DNA of 64,000 nucleotides from a virus (taxonomy: Duplodnaviria > Heunggongvirae > Uroviricota > Caudoviricetes). Under the pieces are notes generated by a model. The model was not told the origin of the DNA, searched no databases, and saw only the letters and a list, made by a program, of their open reading frames with translations. The position numbers and the translations under genes were made by a program. Numbering within the stretch: the stretch's first letter is position 1; each line of letters starts with the position of its first letter. Location: the IMG/VR virus record IMGVR_UViG_3300032335_000499; one strand, given 5' to 3'. Below are positions 18,579-27,860 of the stretch, piece after piece.

Positions 18579-20118
18579 CCTTTCAAACAGTCACAATCCC
18601 GATTGGGCATTGTTTCTGCCCGCAGTCTCGTCATTTTTCATTGCTGGCTTAGGCAAGCAACGTGAAGGTGAAAACTATTTTGACCCGACGAGAATCCCTG
18701 CGGCATTCAATGGAGACGTTGAATGTTTGAACTTCCTTAATAGCAAGCAAGGTCTCTACACTTATAAGTGGGGCTTGTATTCTGCTGGTCACGCTAATCT
18801 TGATATCACTAAGGATGATGCTTGTGAGAGTATCATTCGCAAGAGAGAAGAAGGCACTTTCATGCTAGGTGACTCTGGTGGATTTCAGATTCTCAAGTGT
18901 CAGTGGCCTGCTGATTGGAAGGACCCTAACTGTCCCCGTGCTATGAAGAAGCGTCAACAAGTTCTTACTTGGATGGATGAATACATGGACTATGGCATGT
19001 GTCTTGATATTCCATCGCAGTCTCTTACGACTTATCACATTAAGGACAAGAAGACCGGTACATCAGCACACGGTATCAGCACGATTGAAGAAGCTATTAC
19101 TGCTACTCACATTAACAATGAATATTTTGTTGCTAATCGTGACGGGCGTTGCAAGTTTCTAAACGTTCTGCAGGGTCGTAATCATGGTCAGTCAGATGAC
19201 TGGTATGAGGAGATGAAGAAGTATTGCGATACGAACATCTACGGTGACAAAGCATTTAACGGCTGGGCATTCGGTGGTCAAAACAAGATTGACATTCACT
19301 TGATGCTACGTAGGCTCGTTGGTATCATTCACGATGGCTTCCTAGAAGAAGGCAAGCACGACCTTATTCACTGTCTTGGTACAAGCATTATGGAATATGC
19401 AGTTATTTTTACTGATATTCAGCGGGCAGTTCGCAAGTATCATAATCCTAAGCTACAGATTACGTTTGACTGTGCTAGTCCGTTCTTTGCTGCTGCAAAA
19501 GGCCTCGCTTACAACAACAACACATTTGAGCATAATACCAAATGGTCTTATTCAATGGAAAAGACTGCTGAAAATAAGGGATATGCAACAGATAACCGTA
19601 AGTTTAGCGATGGTGTCCTTGCTGACAAGATTCACAAGGTGTTCGCTGACAGTCCGGTAACTGACATGATGCTGATGAAAGACTTATGCTATCGTGGTCA
19701 AGGTTTCTTAGGTCAGCACGGCAAAGAAACAAAGACTAGCTGGGACACACTTAGCTATACTCTATTGCAGGCACATAACGTATATCAACATATGACTGCG
19801 GTTCAGGAAGCTAATCGTCGGTATGAGAATGGTATCAAGCCTAAGATGGTTATGGATCCTCTAGGTAATCTCAATTTTTCTGATATCGTTGATGAGATTT
19901 TCTCACTCAAGGATCGTGAAAAAAGTCTGGCTATGATTGACAAATACGACAAGTTTTGGCAGCAGTTTAAAGCTGGTCAAGGATTCAGCGGTAAGAAAAC
20001 AGTCAATGCTCACACTATGTTCGACCAGTTATTTGCAATTGAAGACGCCGACCCTGAAATCGATGAAGTCATTGAAGATGCTGATGACTTGATGGAGGAA
20101 ATATTGAGTGTTCCCTAA
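18565..20118 (+). CDS. dpdA: tRNA-guanine-transglycosylase-like protein; putative DNA 7-deazaguanine insertase
   Basis: TGT motif FMLGDSGGFQI; LD, QG, GG and H.LG elements in TGT order; clustered with folE/queD/queE; TTG start. Confidence 0.78.
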   Translation: MEQINLSNSHNPDWALFLPAVSSFFIAGLGKQREGENYFDPTRIPAAFNGDVECLNFLNSKQGLYTYKWGLYSAGHANLDITKDDACESIIRKREEGTFMLGDSGGFQILKCQWPADWKDPNCPRAMKKRQQVLTWMDEYMDYGMCLDIPSQSLTTYHIKDKKTGTSAHGISTIEEAITATHINNEYFVANRDGRCKFLNVLQGRNHGQSDDWYEEMKKYCDTNIYGDKAFNGWAFGGQNKIDIHLMLRRLVGIIHDGFLEEGKHDLIHCLGTSIMEYAVIFTDIQRAVRKYHNPKLQITFDCASPFFAAAKGLAYNNNTFEHNTKWSYSMEKTAENKGYATDNRKFSDGVLADKIHKVFADSPVTDMMLMKDLCYRGQGFLGQHGKETKTSWDTLSYTLLQAHNVYQHMTAVQEANRRYENGIKPKMVMDPLGNLNFSDIVDEIFSLKDREKSLAMIDKYDKFWQQFKAGQGFSGKKTVNAHTMFDQLFAIEDADPEIDEVIEDADDLMEEILSVP

Positions 20119-20650
20119 TAAAGAAAAACCAAATATTGCATATGACCTCTCAAAAAAAATATTCATTAAAGAAAATGCACTAAGCATTGATGTATGTGAA
20201 GATTTGATAACATCACAAGCTTGCAATGTACATAAAGGGGGCGGCGGAGCATTTAGTAATCGTTTTCATGCGTGTTTATTGCCACTTAATCATTCTGTAC
20301 ATTTAAATTTACAGGATACTCTTAACGAGGTAATAGATTTTTTCAAGTTTGAAGTAGATTTTGTAGAACCATATGAAATCAAAAAATATACTAGGGGAGA
20401 CTATTTTAGTCAGCATTACGACAACTACTATGCTTTATCTGAAAATATTGACAGAAAAATTACATTAGTTGCATTTCTTTCTAAAAAAACTTATCGTGGC
20501 GGCAACTTAAACATTGCAGGGAAATCATATGCTCCGTCTCAAGGAACAGTAATTGCTTTTCCTAGCTTTTTCCTACACAGTGTGGAACCAATTCATATCG
20601 GGGACCGCTGGACCTTAATTACATGGTTTTGGGGAGATTATTGGAAGTGA
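20108..20650 (+). CDS. 2OG-Fe(II) oxygenase (prolyl-hydroxylase-like)
   Basis: HYD...HSV...R facial triad; YRGGNL; FPSFFLH. Confidence 0.85.
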   Translation: MFPNKEKPNIAYDLSKKIFIKENALSIDVCEDLITSQACNVHKGGGGAFSNRFHACLLPLNHSVHLNLQDTLNEVIDFFKFEVDFVEPYEIKKYTRGDYFSQHYDNYYALSENIDRKITLVAFLSKKTYRGGNLNIAGKSYAPSQGTVIAFPSFFLHSVEPIHIGDRWTLITWFWGDYWK

Positions 20651-20693
20651 CCAAAACAGTTGATAAATTCTATATAGGTGATATAACTAGACT

Positions 20694-21146
20694 ATGGATA
20701 ACGTAACACAAGCTCTTGCTGAAAAACAGAAACGCATTAGCGAACAAGCTAAGCGCATGATTTGGGTGACCTTTCAAAAAGAAGGCATTCACAAGTATCC
20801 CGGTGCAGACACCGATCCGAAATTGGCAACTGGCGACGAATATGACGTTAGTTTCCTAGGCTACCCGCATCGTCACATCTTTCACTTTAAGGTGGCGATT
20901 CAGGTATTTCACAATGACCGCGACATTGAGTTCATTCAGTTTAAGCGTTGGCTAGAGAATAGCTTCCGTGATGGAGTGATGAAACTTGACCATAAGTCTT
21001 GCGAAATGATCAGCGATGAGCTATATATGTATATAGCAAATCGCTACCCCGACCGTGACATTGAAATCACTGTATCAGAAGACGGTGAGAACGGTGCCAC
21101 TATCTACTACAACACAACTAAACCCTATCAATCACTTGTCATCTAA
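20694..21146 (+). CDS. dpdL: T-fold QueD paralog; putative 7-carboxy-7-deazaguanine decarboxylase (DpdL-like)
   Basis: LGYPHRHIF matches the LxxxHRHxF signature recalled for DpdL; SCEM and VSEDGENGA T-fold elements. Confidence 0.68.
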   Translation: MDNVTQALAEKQKRISEQAKRMIWVTFQKEGIHKYPGADTDPKLATGDEYDVSFLGYPHRHIFHFKVAIQVFHNDRDIEFIQFKRWLENSFRDGVMKLDHKSCEMISDELYMYIANRYPDRDIEITVSEDGENGATIYYNTTKPYQSLVI

Positions 21147-21156
21147 GGAAAATAAA

Positions 21157-21399
21157 ATGGCAAATAATAACACTAAGAATAGTCTCTCCCGCGTTACGCA
21201 AATTTTTATCGATCTAGAGAAGTATCGTGATTTTTGCCGCGATTATGGATATCGGTTTAACGAAGCCGATTTGTATAGTCAGCGAAGCTACGTCTATCGT
21301 CAGTTTCAGAAGCTCACTTCCGGAAAGTATGTAAAGAATCAGTGGGAAGTTGACCTCGTAAAGTTCAAGGAACAAGGGGCATCTAGATTCCGTGCCTAA
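21157..21399 (+). CDS. Hypothetical protein
   Basis: ATG 21157 with AAGGA SD. Confidence 0.65.
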   Translation: MANNNTKNSLSRVTQIFIDLEKYRDFCRDYGYRFNEADLYSQRSYVYRQFQKLTSGKYVKNQWEVDLVKFKEQGASRFRA

Positions 21400-22159
21400 A
21401 ACGGTTGTCATCATTACGGGAGGATTTGATCCACTACATTGTGGGCACATTGAGTACATACATGCAGCCCGTGAGTTAGGTGACATTCTCATTGTAGGTG
21501 TAAATAGTGATGAGTGGCTGGTCCGTAAAAAGGGCCGGTCATTCATGCCATTTGAAGACCGGATTGCAATCATCGGCGCCCTTGAAGGAGTAGATTATGC
21601 TATTCCATTCAATGATCGTGATAACAGTGCAAAAGATGCAATTACGTGGGCCCGTAGAGTTTATCCAGTATGTACCATAGTATTTGCAAACGGTGGTGAT
21701 CGTACTGCTGATAATATTCCAGAAATGGATGTGCAGGATGATAATCTTGAATTCGTATTCGGAGTAGGCGGAAAAGATAAAACTAACAGTTCTAGTTGGA
21801 TTCTTGAAGAATGGAAGGCTGCTAAAACAGAGCGACAATGGGGATATTATCGTGTATTACATGAGAACGGTAAAGAAGTCAAAGTCAAAGAACTTACGGT
21901 TGAGCCTAGGCAATCTTTAAGTATGCAACGACATAATGATCGTTTGGAACTATGGTTTGTTGCAGAAGGCACAGCAACCGTGTATACTATCAATAGTAGT
22001 TCAGATGAAGAACTAGACGGGGTGTATAATAAATTTAGAAGTATTAATATTGCTGCCAATCAATGGCATCGTCTAGCTAACGAAACAGATAAGCCACTAA
22101 AGATTATTGAAATACAATACGGCAACGAATGTATTGAAGAAGATATAGAAAGAAAATAA
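21392..22159 (+). CDS. Cytidylyltransferase-family domain fused to a cupin (mannose-6-phosphate isomerase-like) domain
   Basis: GGFDPLHCGH, GVNSD, FANGGDR; C-terminal RQWGYY, SMQRH, WHRL and IIEIQYG. Confidence 0.85.
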   Translation: MPKTVVIITGGFDPLHCGHIEYIHAARELGDILIVGVNSDEWLVRKKGRSFMPFEDRIAIIGALEGVDYAIPFNDRDNSAKDAITWARRVYPVCTIVFANGGDRTADNIPEMDVQDDNLEFVFGVGGKDKTNSSSWILEEWKAAKTERQWGYYRVLHENGKEVKVKELTVEPRQSLSMQRHNDRLELWFVAEGTATVYTINSSSDEELDGVYNKFRSINIAANQWHRLANETDKPLKIIEIQYGNECIEEDIERK

Positions 22160-22160
22160 T

Positions 22161-23339
22161 ATGCGTAAACTATTTTACATGGGACTTGAAGCGTACAACG
22201 CTCGTTACACACTACAGCTTACTGATTGGAATCGCCGCGTCTTTGAAAAGCGCGGAATTGATGTTGTTTATGTACCAGGCGAAACACTTGATAACAGTCA
22301 GAAGATTGTAACTGGTCAGGTTCTTGATGCACATGGTCGTTCATACTTTGGCATGAGTCAGATGATGAACCTTGTCAAGATGATGCAGAAGGGTGAAGTC
22401 ACTAGCGAGGATGTTATCTACTTTGAAGATATGTTTCAGCCGGGCATTGAATCACTGCCTTATATCATTGACCAGTGTGATGAAGACAATATGCCCCGTA
22501 TCTTCGTTCGTTGTCTCGCACAATCGATTGACCCCGATGACTTTGTTCATGTTTGGGGAATGGATAAGTGGATGGGACTATATGAGAAGATGGTCAATGA
22601 GTTTGCAGATGGCATTCTTGCAACTAACGAAGAAATGGTTGCACACATGAAGATTGCAGGTTGGGATGCGCCAATCTACAATATCTCAGGTCTTGCGTTT
22701 GGTAAGAGCGAAGTTATTGAGCGTGTTGACGGCAAGATTAGACCCTTCAATGATCGCCGTATGCGTGTTGTATTTTCTGCACGTTGGGACCAAGAAAAGC
22801 AACCCGACTTCTACATGGACTTGATTGAAGCGTGGAATGTGCGTTACCCTAGTAAGGATGTTGAGTTCGTTGTTTGCAGTGGTGGTGAATTAAAGAGCAA
22901 CAACGACAGCTATATGGCTCGTACTCGCAAGATGGTTGAGAACGGTAAGTTGACTGTATATGATAATCTTGATAAGAACAAGTATTATGAAATCGTAAAC
23001 GATAGCCGTGTTGTGTTCAACTGTGCGCTGCAAGACTGGGTAAGCAATACTGTAAGCGAAGCAGATGCTTTAGGATGCAATGTACTCTATCCTGCATATC
23101 GTAGCTTCCCTGAGACTTTTGCGAACGACCCAGAGCGTCTTTACATTCCGTGGTCGATTGATGATGCTATCGCTAAGCTTGATGTTTTGCTTAAGAAGGC
23201 ACATCCGAACATGGGCAAGATTAGTGACTACACTGATGGAACTATTGATCGTATCTGTGACATTCTTGAAGGCAAGGGTAACAAGTATCTTCGCATTAGT
23301 AGTGACTATCGTAAGCATACTCGTGAGGCGAAATACTAA
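22161..23339 (+). CDS. GT-B fold glycosyltransferase
   Basis: FSARWDQEKQP, NCALQDWVSNTVSEADALG and YRSFPE donor-binding region. Confidence 0.75.
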   Translation: MRKLFYMGLEAYNARYTLQLTDWNRRVFEKRGIDVVYVPGETLDNSQKIVTGQVLDAHGRSYFGMSQMMNLVKMMQKGEVTSEDVIYFEDMFQPGIESLPYIIDQCDEDNMPRIFVRCLAQSIDPDDFVHVWGMDKWMGLYEKMVNEFADGILATNEEMVAHMKIAGWDAPIYNISGLAFGKSEVIERVDGKIRPFNDRRMRVVFSARWDQEKQPDFYMDLIEAWNVRYPSKDVEFVVCSGGELKSNNDSYMARTRKMVENGKLTVYDNLDKNKYYEIVNDSRVVFNCALQDWVSNTVSEADALGCNVLYPAYRSFPETFANDPERLYIPWSIDDAIAKLDVLLKKAHPNMGKISDYTDGTIDRICDILEGKGNKYLRISSDYRKHTREAKY

Positions 23340-23500
23340 TGAAGAGGTACAAGCTTGAAGTAGTCATTCACGAAGGTTCCGATGAGTTTTGGGAATCTAT
23401 TGCTGATAAAACCGGCTGTGATGAAGTGCTAACTGGTATCCGCGAAGAATTAGATACTTGGGATGCAGAAATTACATTAGTAGAATATACTGATAAATAA
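23339..23500 (+). CDS. Small acidic hypothetical protein (53 aa), not in the ORF track
   Basis: TAATG coupling; MKRYKLEVVIHEGSDEFWESIADKTGCDEVLTGIREELDTWDAEITLVEYTDK. Confidence 0.6.
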   Translation: MKRYKLEVVIHEGSDEFWESIADKTGCDEVLTGIREELDTWDAEITLVEYTDK

Positions 23501-23559
23501 AAATGTAACACAAAGGTTACAAACAACATTAACATATCCGTGTAAGGAAGGAAACAAAT

Positions 23560-24240
23560 ATGTCTTATAACAAAACTAAAACCGACCCCGAATTGGGTCA
23601 AAAGATTCACGAACACCTAATAAAGATGGGTGTTGAAACTCCCACAAAAGATAGCGCACTAGACCGTAAAGAAAAGATTGAGGTTATTGAAGCACACTTC
23701 AATGGCATTATGAGAGCATTAGGTCTTGACCTAGAAGATGACAGTCTTATGGATACGCCGAAGCGTGTCGCTAAGATGTACGTCAACGAAATCTTTTGGG
23801 GTCTTGACTATGATGCATTCCCCAAGTGTACAACTGTTGCGAACAAGATGAACTACGATGAAATGGTCGTAGAGCGTAATGTCAATGTTCAATCTAACTG
23901 CGAACACCACTTCGTAATCATTGATGGGCTTGCTACTGTTGCATATGTCCCTAACGAAAAGGTCCTCGGCCTGTCAAAGATTAATCGCATTGTTGAATAC
24001 TTTGCAAAACGCCCACAGATTCAAGAGCGTTTGACTGAACAAGTATTCCATGCACTTTGCTACATCCTTGAAACTGAAAATGTTGCGGTCATGATTGACG
24101 CACAGCATTATTGTGTTAAGAGCCGCGGCGTTGAGGATACTGGTTCTTCAACTGTGACTACTAAGCTTGGTGGTGGATTCAAGACTGATGCTGCTGCTCG
24201 TGCAGAGTTTCTTAGCATCGCCCGCATGGGTAAGTGCTAA
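23560..24240 (+). CDS. folE: GTP cyclohydrolase I
   Basis: TPKRVAK, SNCEHHF, GLSKINR, RPQIQERLT and HYCVKSRG. Confidence 0.97.
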   Translation: MSYNKTKTDPELGQKIHEHLIKMGVETPTKDSALDRKEKIEVIEAHFNGIMRALGLDLEDDSLMDTPKRVAKMYVNEIFWGLDYDAFPKCTTVANKMNYDEMVVERNVNVQSNCEHHFVIIDGLATVAYVPNEKVLGLSKINRIVEYFAKRPQIQERLTEQVFHALCYILETENVAVMIDAQHYCVKSRGVEDTGSSTVTTKLGGGFKTDAAARAEFLSIARMGKC

Positions 24241-24710
24241 TGATCTTTAACAAGATTAAAGACCTAAAGGAAGAAGGCAAGACAATAGGTATTACCTTTA
24301 GTACCTTTGACATGCTTCACGCAGGTCACATTGCAATGTTAGCAGAAGCTAAGAATCACTGTGACTATTTGATTGCAGGACTACAGACTGACCCAACTAT
24401 TGATAGACCGGATACGAAGAACAAACCTATTCAGTCAATCGTAGAGAGACAGATTCAACTTAGTGCTTGTCGCTTTGTTGATGAGGTAGTTATTTACCAA
24501 ACTGAACAAGATTTGGTAGATTTACTCTTGACATTGCCCCTAGATTGTCGTATACTGGGTATAGAATATGAAGATGTAGACTTTACCGGACGTAAAGAAT
24601 GTTATGCCCGTAATATCGATATCGTATTCAATGGTAGAGACCACAGCTTTAGTAGCAGCAATCTACGCAAGCGGGTCGCAGAAGCAGAAAGAAACAAAGA
24701 TGGAACCTAA
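24240..24710 (+). CDS. Cytidylyltransferase (TagD-like)
   Basis: TFDMLHAGH and RDHSFSSS motifs. Confidence 0.88.
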   Translation: MIFNKIKDLKEEGKTIGITFSTFDMLHAGHIAMLAEAKNHCDYLIAGLQTDPTIDRPDTKNKPIQSIVERQIQLSACRFVDEVVIYQTEQDLVDLLLTLPLDCRILGIEYEDVDFTGRKECYARNIDIVFNGRDHSFSSSNLRKRVAEAERNKDGT

Positions 24711-24927
24711 AGACCCTAACAAGAAGTATGAAGATATTTTGAAGAACATCAACTTTTCATTTATAGTGCCTGCTACGGTACCTGTTGGAACATACAAGTT
24801 TAATCAGCCTGTTGAAACATTAAATGAAACTATTGCACGTTTGGATGATGTTGATGAAACAGTCGATGCAATGACTTCTTATCCTCAGGCAAAGAAAATG
24901 CTTGACAAAGTGTATGGAAAGTTGTAA
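24700..24927 (+). CDS. Hypothetical protein
   Basis: ATG 24700 overlaps the upstream stop. Confidence 0.55.
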   Translation: MEPKDPNKKYEDILKNINFSFIVPATVPVGTYKFNQPVETLNETIARLDDVDETVDAMTSYPQAKKMLDKVYGKL

Positions 24928-25132
24928 GTTAGACTTACACGGTGTTAGGCATCAAGATGTTGATGCTCTTGTGGAGAACTTTGTTCTGATGAATCAGGAC
25001 AGTTTTCCACTCACCGTCATTTGTGGTAACAGTGTAAAAATGGTAAAGCTTACCGAAACAGTACTAAATAGGATTGGGTGTGAATACTCAATGTATCGGT
25101 TCGGTGTATTAACGATTAGGAAGTTTAAGTAA
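24914..25132 (+). CDS. Small Smr-like domain protein
   Basis: KLDLHG...VICGNS pattern. Confidence 0.5.
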   Translation: MESCKLDLHGVRHQDVDALVENFVLMNQDSFPLTVICGNSVKMVKLTETVLNRIGCEYSMYRFGVLTIRKFK

Positions 25133-25587
25133 TGTTATATTGTGCGTATGGAATGAATACTAATATTGAACAGATGGCTTCACGCTGTCCTGGTTCCGTT
25201 AGTATTGGTCGTGTTGACATTCCAGATCATCGTCTAGTGTTTCGTGGCGTTGCTGACATTGAAGTAAGCCCCGGCGATACGCTACAGACTGTTATGTGGG
25301 ACATTACTGATGAATGTGAAGTGGCTCTTGATATGCTTGAGGGCTTCCCAACGTTCTATGGCAAAAAGTATATTGATGTTCAAATCAATAACAAGACCTA
25401 TAAAGCAATGATTTATCAAATGATTGGGGATCGACTTGACTATTATAGCCCAAGCAATTACTATCAGTATTTGCTTGAAGAAGGATATAAGGACCACGGT
25501 CTTGAATTAAATCAAATTTATAATGCAGAAGGCTATAGTGAAGTTGAGGATACTCTTGACTACATCAATCGTCGTTATGCTTATTAA
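25132..25587 (+). CDS. Gamma-glutamylcyclotransferase (AIG2-like) protein
   Basis: LYCAYGMN, MASRCP and LDMLEGFP..Y. Confidence 0.85.
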   Translation: MLYCAYGMNTNIEQMASRCPGSVSIGRVDIPDHRLVFRGVADIEVSPGDTLQTVMWDITDECEVALDMLEGFPTFYGKKYIDVQINNKTYKAMIYQMIGDRLDYYSPSNYYQYLLEEGYKDHGLELNQIYNAEGYSEVEDTLDYINRRYAY

Positions 25588-25588
25588 C

Positions 25589-25652
25589 AGTGGTCTTTGG
25601 CGCTCATCCCACTATAAACACTCTGCGTGTCATCTAAAGGAGAACAAAGATG
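25589..25652 (+). ncRNA. Candidate preQ1-I-like riboswitch/pseudoknot overlapping the queD ribosome-binding site
   Basis: P1 AGTGG/CCACT; loop starts with U and ends with C; tail ATAAA; loop TCTTTGG complementary to CTAAAGG, which includes the SD. Confidence 0.45.
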
Positions 25653-26156
25653 ACAAAATATGAACCAGTAAGTTACAAGTATACAAGTACTAAAGAATAT
25701 CACGACTCGTTTCCGTGTGCGTATCGTCAATGGCGAGCCGATAGTCACTGCAATAACATTCATGGCTATTCGTTTACTATCAAGGTATACTTTGGTGCTG
25801 ATACTCTAGATGCACGAAACTGGTGTGCGGACTACGGTGGTCTAAAGGACTTGAAGGCAATTCTTGAAGACCAGTTCGACCACACTTTGCTTGTTGCAGA
25901 AGACGATCCTGATATGGATGTGTTCAAGCTGTTACAAGAACGTAACATGGCAAAGCTGACTATCATTCCAGCAACTGGCTGTGAAGCACTTGCTGACATG
26001 ATTTACAAGTTTGTTAACGGTGTCTATATCCCTGATCACTGGGGTAAGGGCGAAGCTGAACGACTTTGGTGCTATCGTGTTGAAGTTCGTGAAACACAGA
26101 GCAACATGGCTTTCCGTGAAGGTCATCGTGAATGGAATGAGGATTTGCTAGGATGA
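25650..26156 (+). CDS. queD: 6-carboxy-5,6,7,8-tetrahydropterin synthase
   Basis: SHCNNIHGYS, DYGGLK, FDH..L and EALA. Confidence 0.9.
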   Translation: MTKYEPVSYKYTSTKEYHDSFPCAYRQWRADSHCNNIHGYSFTIKVYFGADTLDARNWCADYGGLKDLKAILEDQFDHTLLVAEDDPDMDVFKLLQERNMAKLTIIPATGCEALADMIYKFVNGVYIPDHWGKGEAERLWCYRVEVRETQSNMAFREGHREWNEDLLG

Positions 26157-26326
26157 GCAACTGGTTTGTACTAGATAAAAACGACAACATTTTTGCTGAT
26201 GTTGAAGAAGAAGATGAAGCCTGTGAATTAGCAATTACCTATGTTACTGATCCTTGGACTGAGGATGCAGCACCATTCAAGGTAATGAGTTACGATGAAT
26301 ATATGGAAGCCTATCACAGGGTTTAA
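26153..26326 (+). CDS. Small acidic hypothetical protein (57 aa), not in the ORF track
   Basis: ATGA overlap with the queD stop; open frame MSNWFVLDKND...YHRV. Confidence 0.55.
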   Translation: MSNWFVLDKNDNIFADVEEEDEACELAITYVTDPWTEDAAPFKVMSYDEYMEAYHRV

Positions 26327-26344
26327 TACATAGGATACGAGATA

Positions 26345-26839
26345 ATGACTAAGAAAGTATATTACACCGACAAACAGATTGATGGCATGGTCCATGATAT
26401 CATTCGTCAAATGAACAATGATAACTGGATGCCTGATTATGTCGTAGGTCTTACTAGGGGCGGACTTAACCCTGCCCTAAAGATTAGTCATTATCTCAAC
26501 ATTCCGATGGAGACGCTTAAGGTCAGTCTTCGTGATGGTGGTGAATCAGAATCTAACTGCTGGATGGCAGAAGATGCATATGAGGGTAAGCATATTCTAA
26601 TCGTTGATGATATCAATGATACTGGTGCTACTCTCAATTGGATTAAAGAAGATTGGCAAGGTAGTGCGTTCAAACATGATCTTAAATGGGAAACTGTTTG
26701 GAACGACACTGTGCGGTTTGCTGTAATAGTTGATAACGATGCAAGCCCAGTTGAAGTTAACTATATCGGAAAAAGTATCAACAAAGCAGAAGATCCGCAA
26801 TGGATTGTCTTCCCTTGGGAAGAATGGTGGAAAGGATGA
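26345..26839 (+). CDS. Purine phosphoribosyltransferase (Gpt-like, type I PRT)
   Basis: VGLTRGGLNPA and the PRPP loop LIVDDINDTGAT; WIVFPWE. Confidence 0.88.
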   Translation: MTKKVYYTDKQIDGMVHDIIRQMNNDNWMPDYVVGLTRGGLNPALKISHYLNIPMETLKVSLRDGGESESNCWMAEDAYEGKHILIVDDINDTGATLNWIKEDWQGSAFKHDLKWETVWNDTVRFAVIVDNDASPVEVNYIGKSINKAEDPQWIVFPWEEWWKG

Positions 26840-26845
26840 TTGACA

Positions 26846-27028
26846 ATGGACTTAATTAGTGTTATAGCTGTAGTATTATTCTGTGCATTAGCATCTGCAT
26901 TCTTGTATGGAATGTGGGTGATAGAAGATGACAGATATCAATTTAGAAAGAAGCACGGCATTGATCCTAAATATCACGGCTGGGTTGTGAAAGACAAAGA
27001 AAAAAATGACGAAAATCAAGATAAGTGA
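26846..27028 (+). CDS. Small membrane protein
   Basis: Hydrophobic N-terminal helix. Confidence 0.5.
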   Translation: MDLISVIAVVLFCALASAFLYGMWVIEDDRYQFRKKHGIDPKYHGWVVKDKEKNDENQDK

Positions 27029-27860
27029 ATTGTTCTACAGTATTCAGGGAGAAGGTCGGTACATGGGTGTGCCGTCCGTTTTCCTTAGAACATATGGATG
27101 CAATTTCAAATGCGCCGGATTCGGCATGCCAAAAGGTGAACTATCAAGTGAACGAGAAAAAGTCAATCCAGAAGACTATAAAGAATATGGTACCCTCCCG
27201 CTCGTCTCTACAGGCTGCGATTCCTACGCATCCTGGGATCCTCGCTTCAAGCATCTTTCTCCCAGCAGGGATGTTGATACTATTGTCAGCGACATTATGG
27301 AACTACTACCGTTTAAAGAATGGAAAGACGAACACCTCGTCATCACAGGAGGAGAACCACTCCTCGGATGGCAACGAGCCTACCCAGAACTCCTAAGTCA
27401 TCCTAAGATGAAGGGTCTCAAAGAGATTACTTTTGAGACTAATGGTACGCAACCACTAAGTGATGAATTGTTTGCTTATCTTGACGATTGGTTGTGGGAA
27501 GGTTTGGACAACGGGATTTCACGAGAAGTCACTTTTAGTGTCAGTGCAAAGTTGAGTTGTTCTAGTGAGAAGGCAGAAGATGCTATCAAGCCCGAGATTG
27601 TTGCACGATATCAAGATGCTGGTCATGCCTATCTTAAGTTTGTTATCGCAACAGAAGATGATGCTAAGGAAGCACTAGCGGCAGTTGAGCGTTATCGTGA
27701 TGAAGGTTTCTATGGTACTGTTTACTTCATGCCAGTAGGAGGCGTTGAAAGTGTTTATCATCTTAATAATCGCACTGTCGCTGATCTTGCTATGAAGAAT
27801 GGCGTTAGATATAGTGACCGTTTGCAAGTTCCATTGTTTAAGAATGCCTGGGCAACATGA
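27006..27860 (+). CDS. queE: 7-carboxy-7-deazaguanine synthase (radical SAM)
   Basis: ELFYSIQGEG, FLRTYGCNFKC...CDS, ITGGEP, ETNG and RLQVPLF. Confidence 0.93.
   Translation: MTKIKISELFYSIQGEGRYMGVPSVFLRTYGCNFKCAGFGMPKGELSSEREKVNPEDYKEYGTLPLVSTGCDSYASWDPRFKHLSPSRDVDTIVSDIMELLPFKEWKDEHLVITGGEPLLGWQRAYPELLSHPKMKGLKEITFETNGTQPLSDELFAYLDDWLWEGLDNGISREVTFSVSAKLSCSSEKAEDAIKPEIVARYQDAGHAYLKFVIATEDDAKEALAAVERYRDEGFYGTVYFMPVGGVESVYHLNNRTVADLAMKNGVRYSDRLQVPLFKNAWAT

Noticed and set aside
18565-20118. Reading this gene as a host-like tRNA queuosine transglycosylase
   Set aside because: It is much longer and more divergent than bacterial Tgt, lacks the C-terminal CxCxxC..H zinc site, lies near the replication genes, and no tRNA is nearby; a DNA-acting DpdA fits better.
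23500-23560. THF-II (folE-motif) riboswitch upstream of folE
   Set aside because: The recalled THF-II core sequence and long stem are absent; kept only as a weak structured-leader observation.
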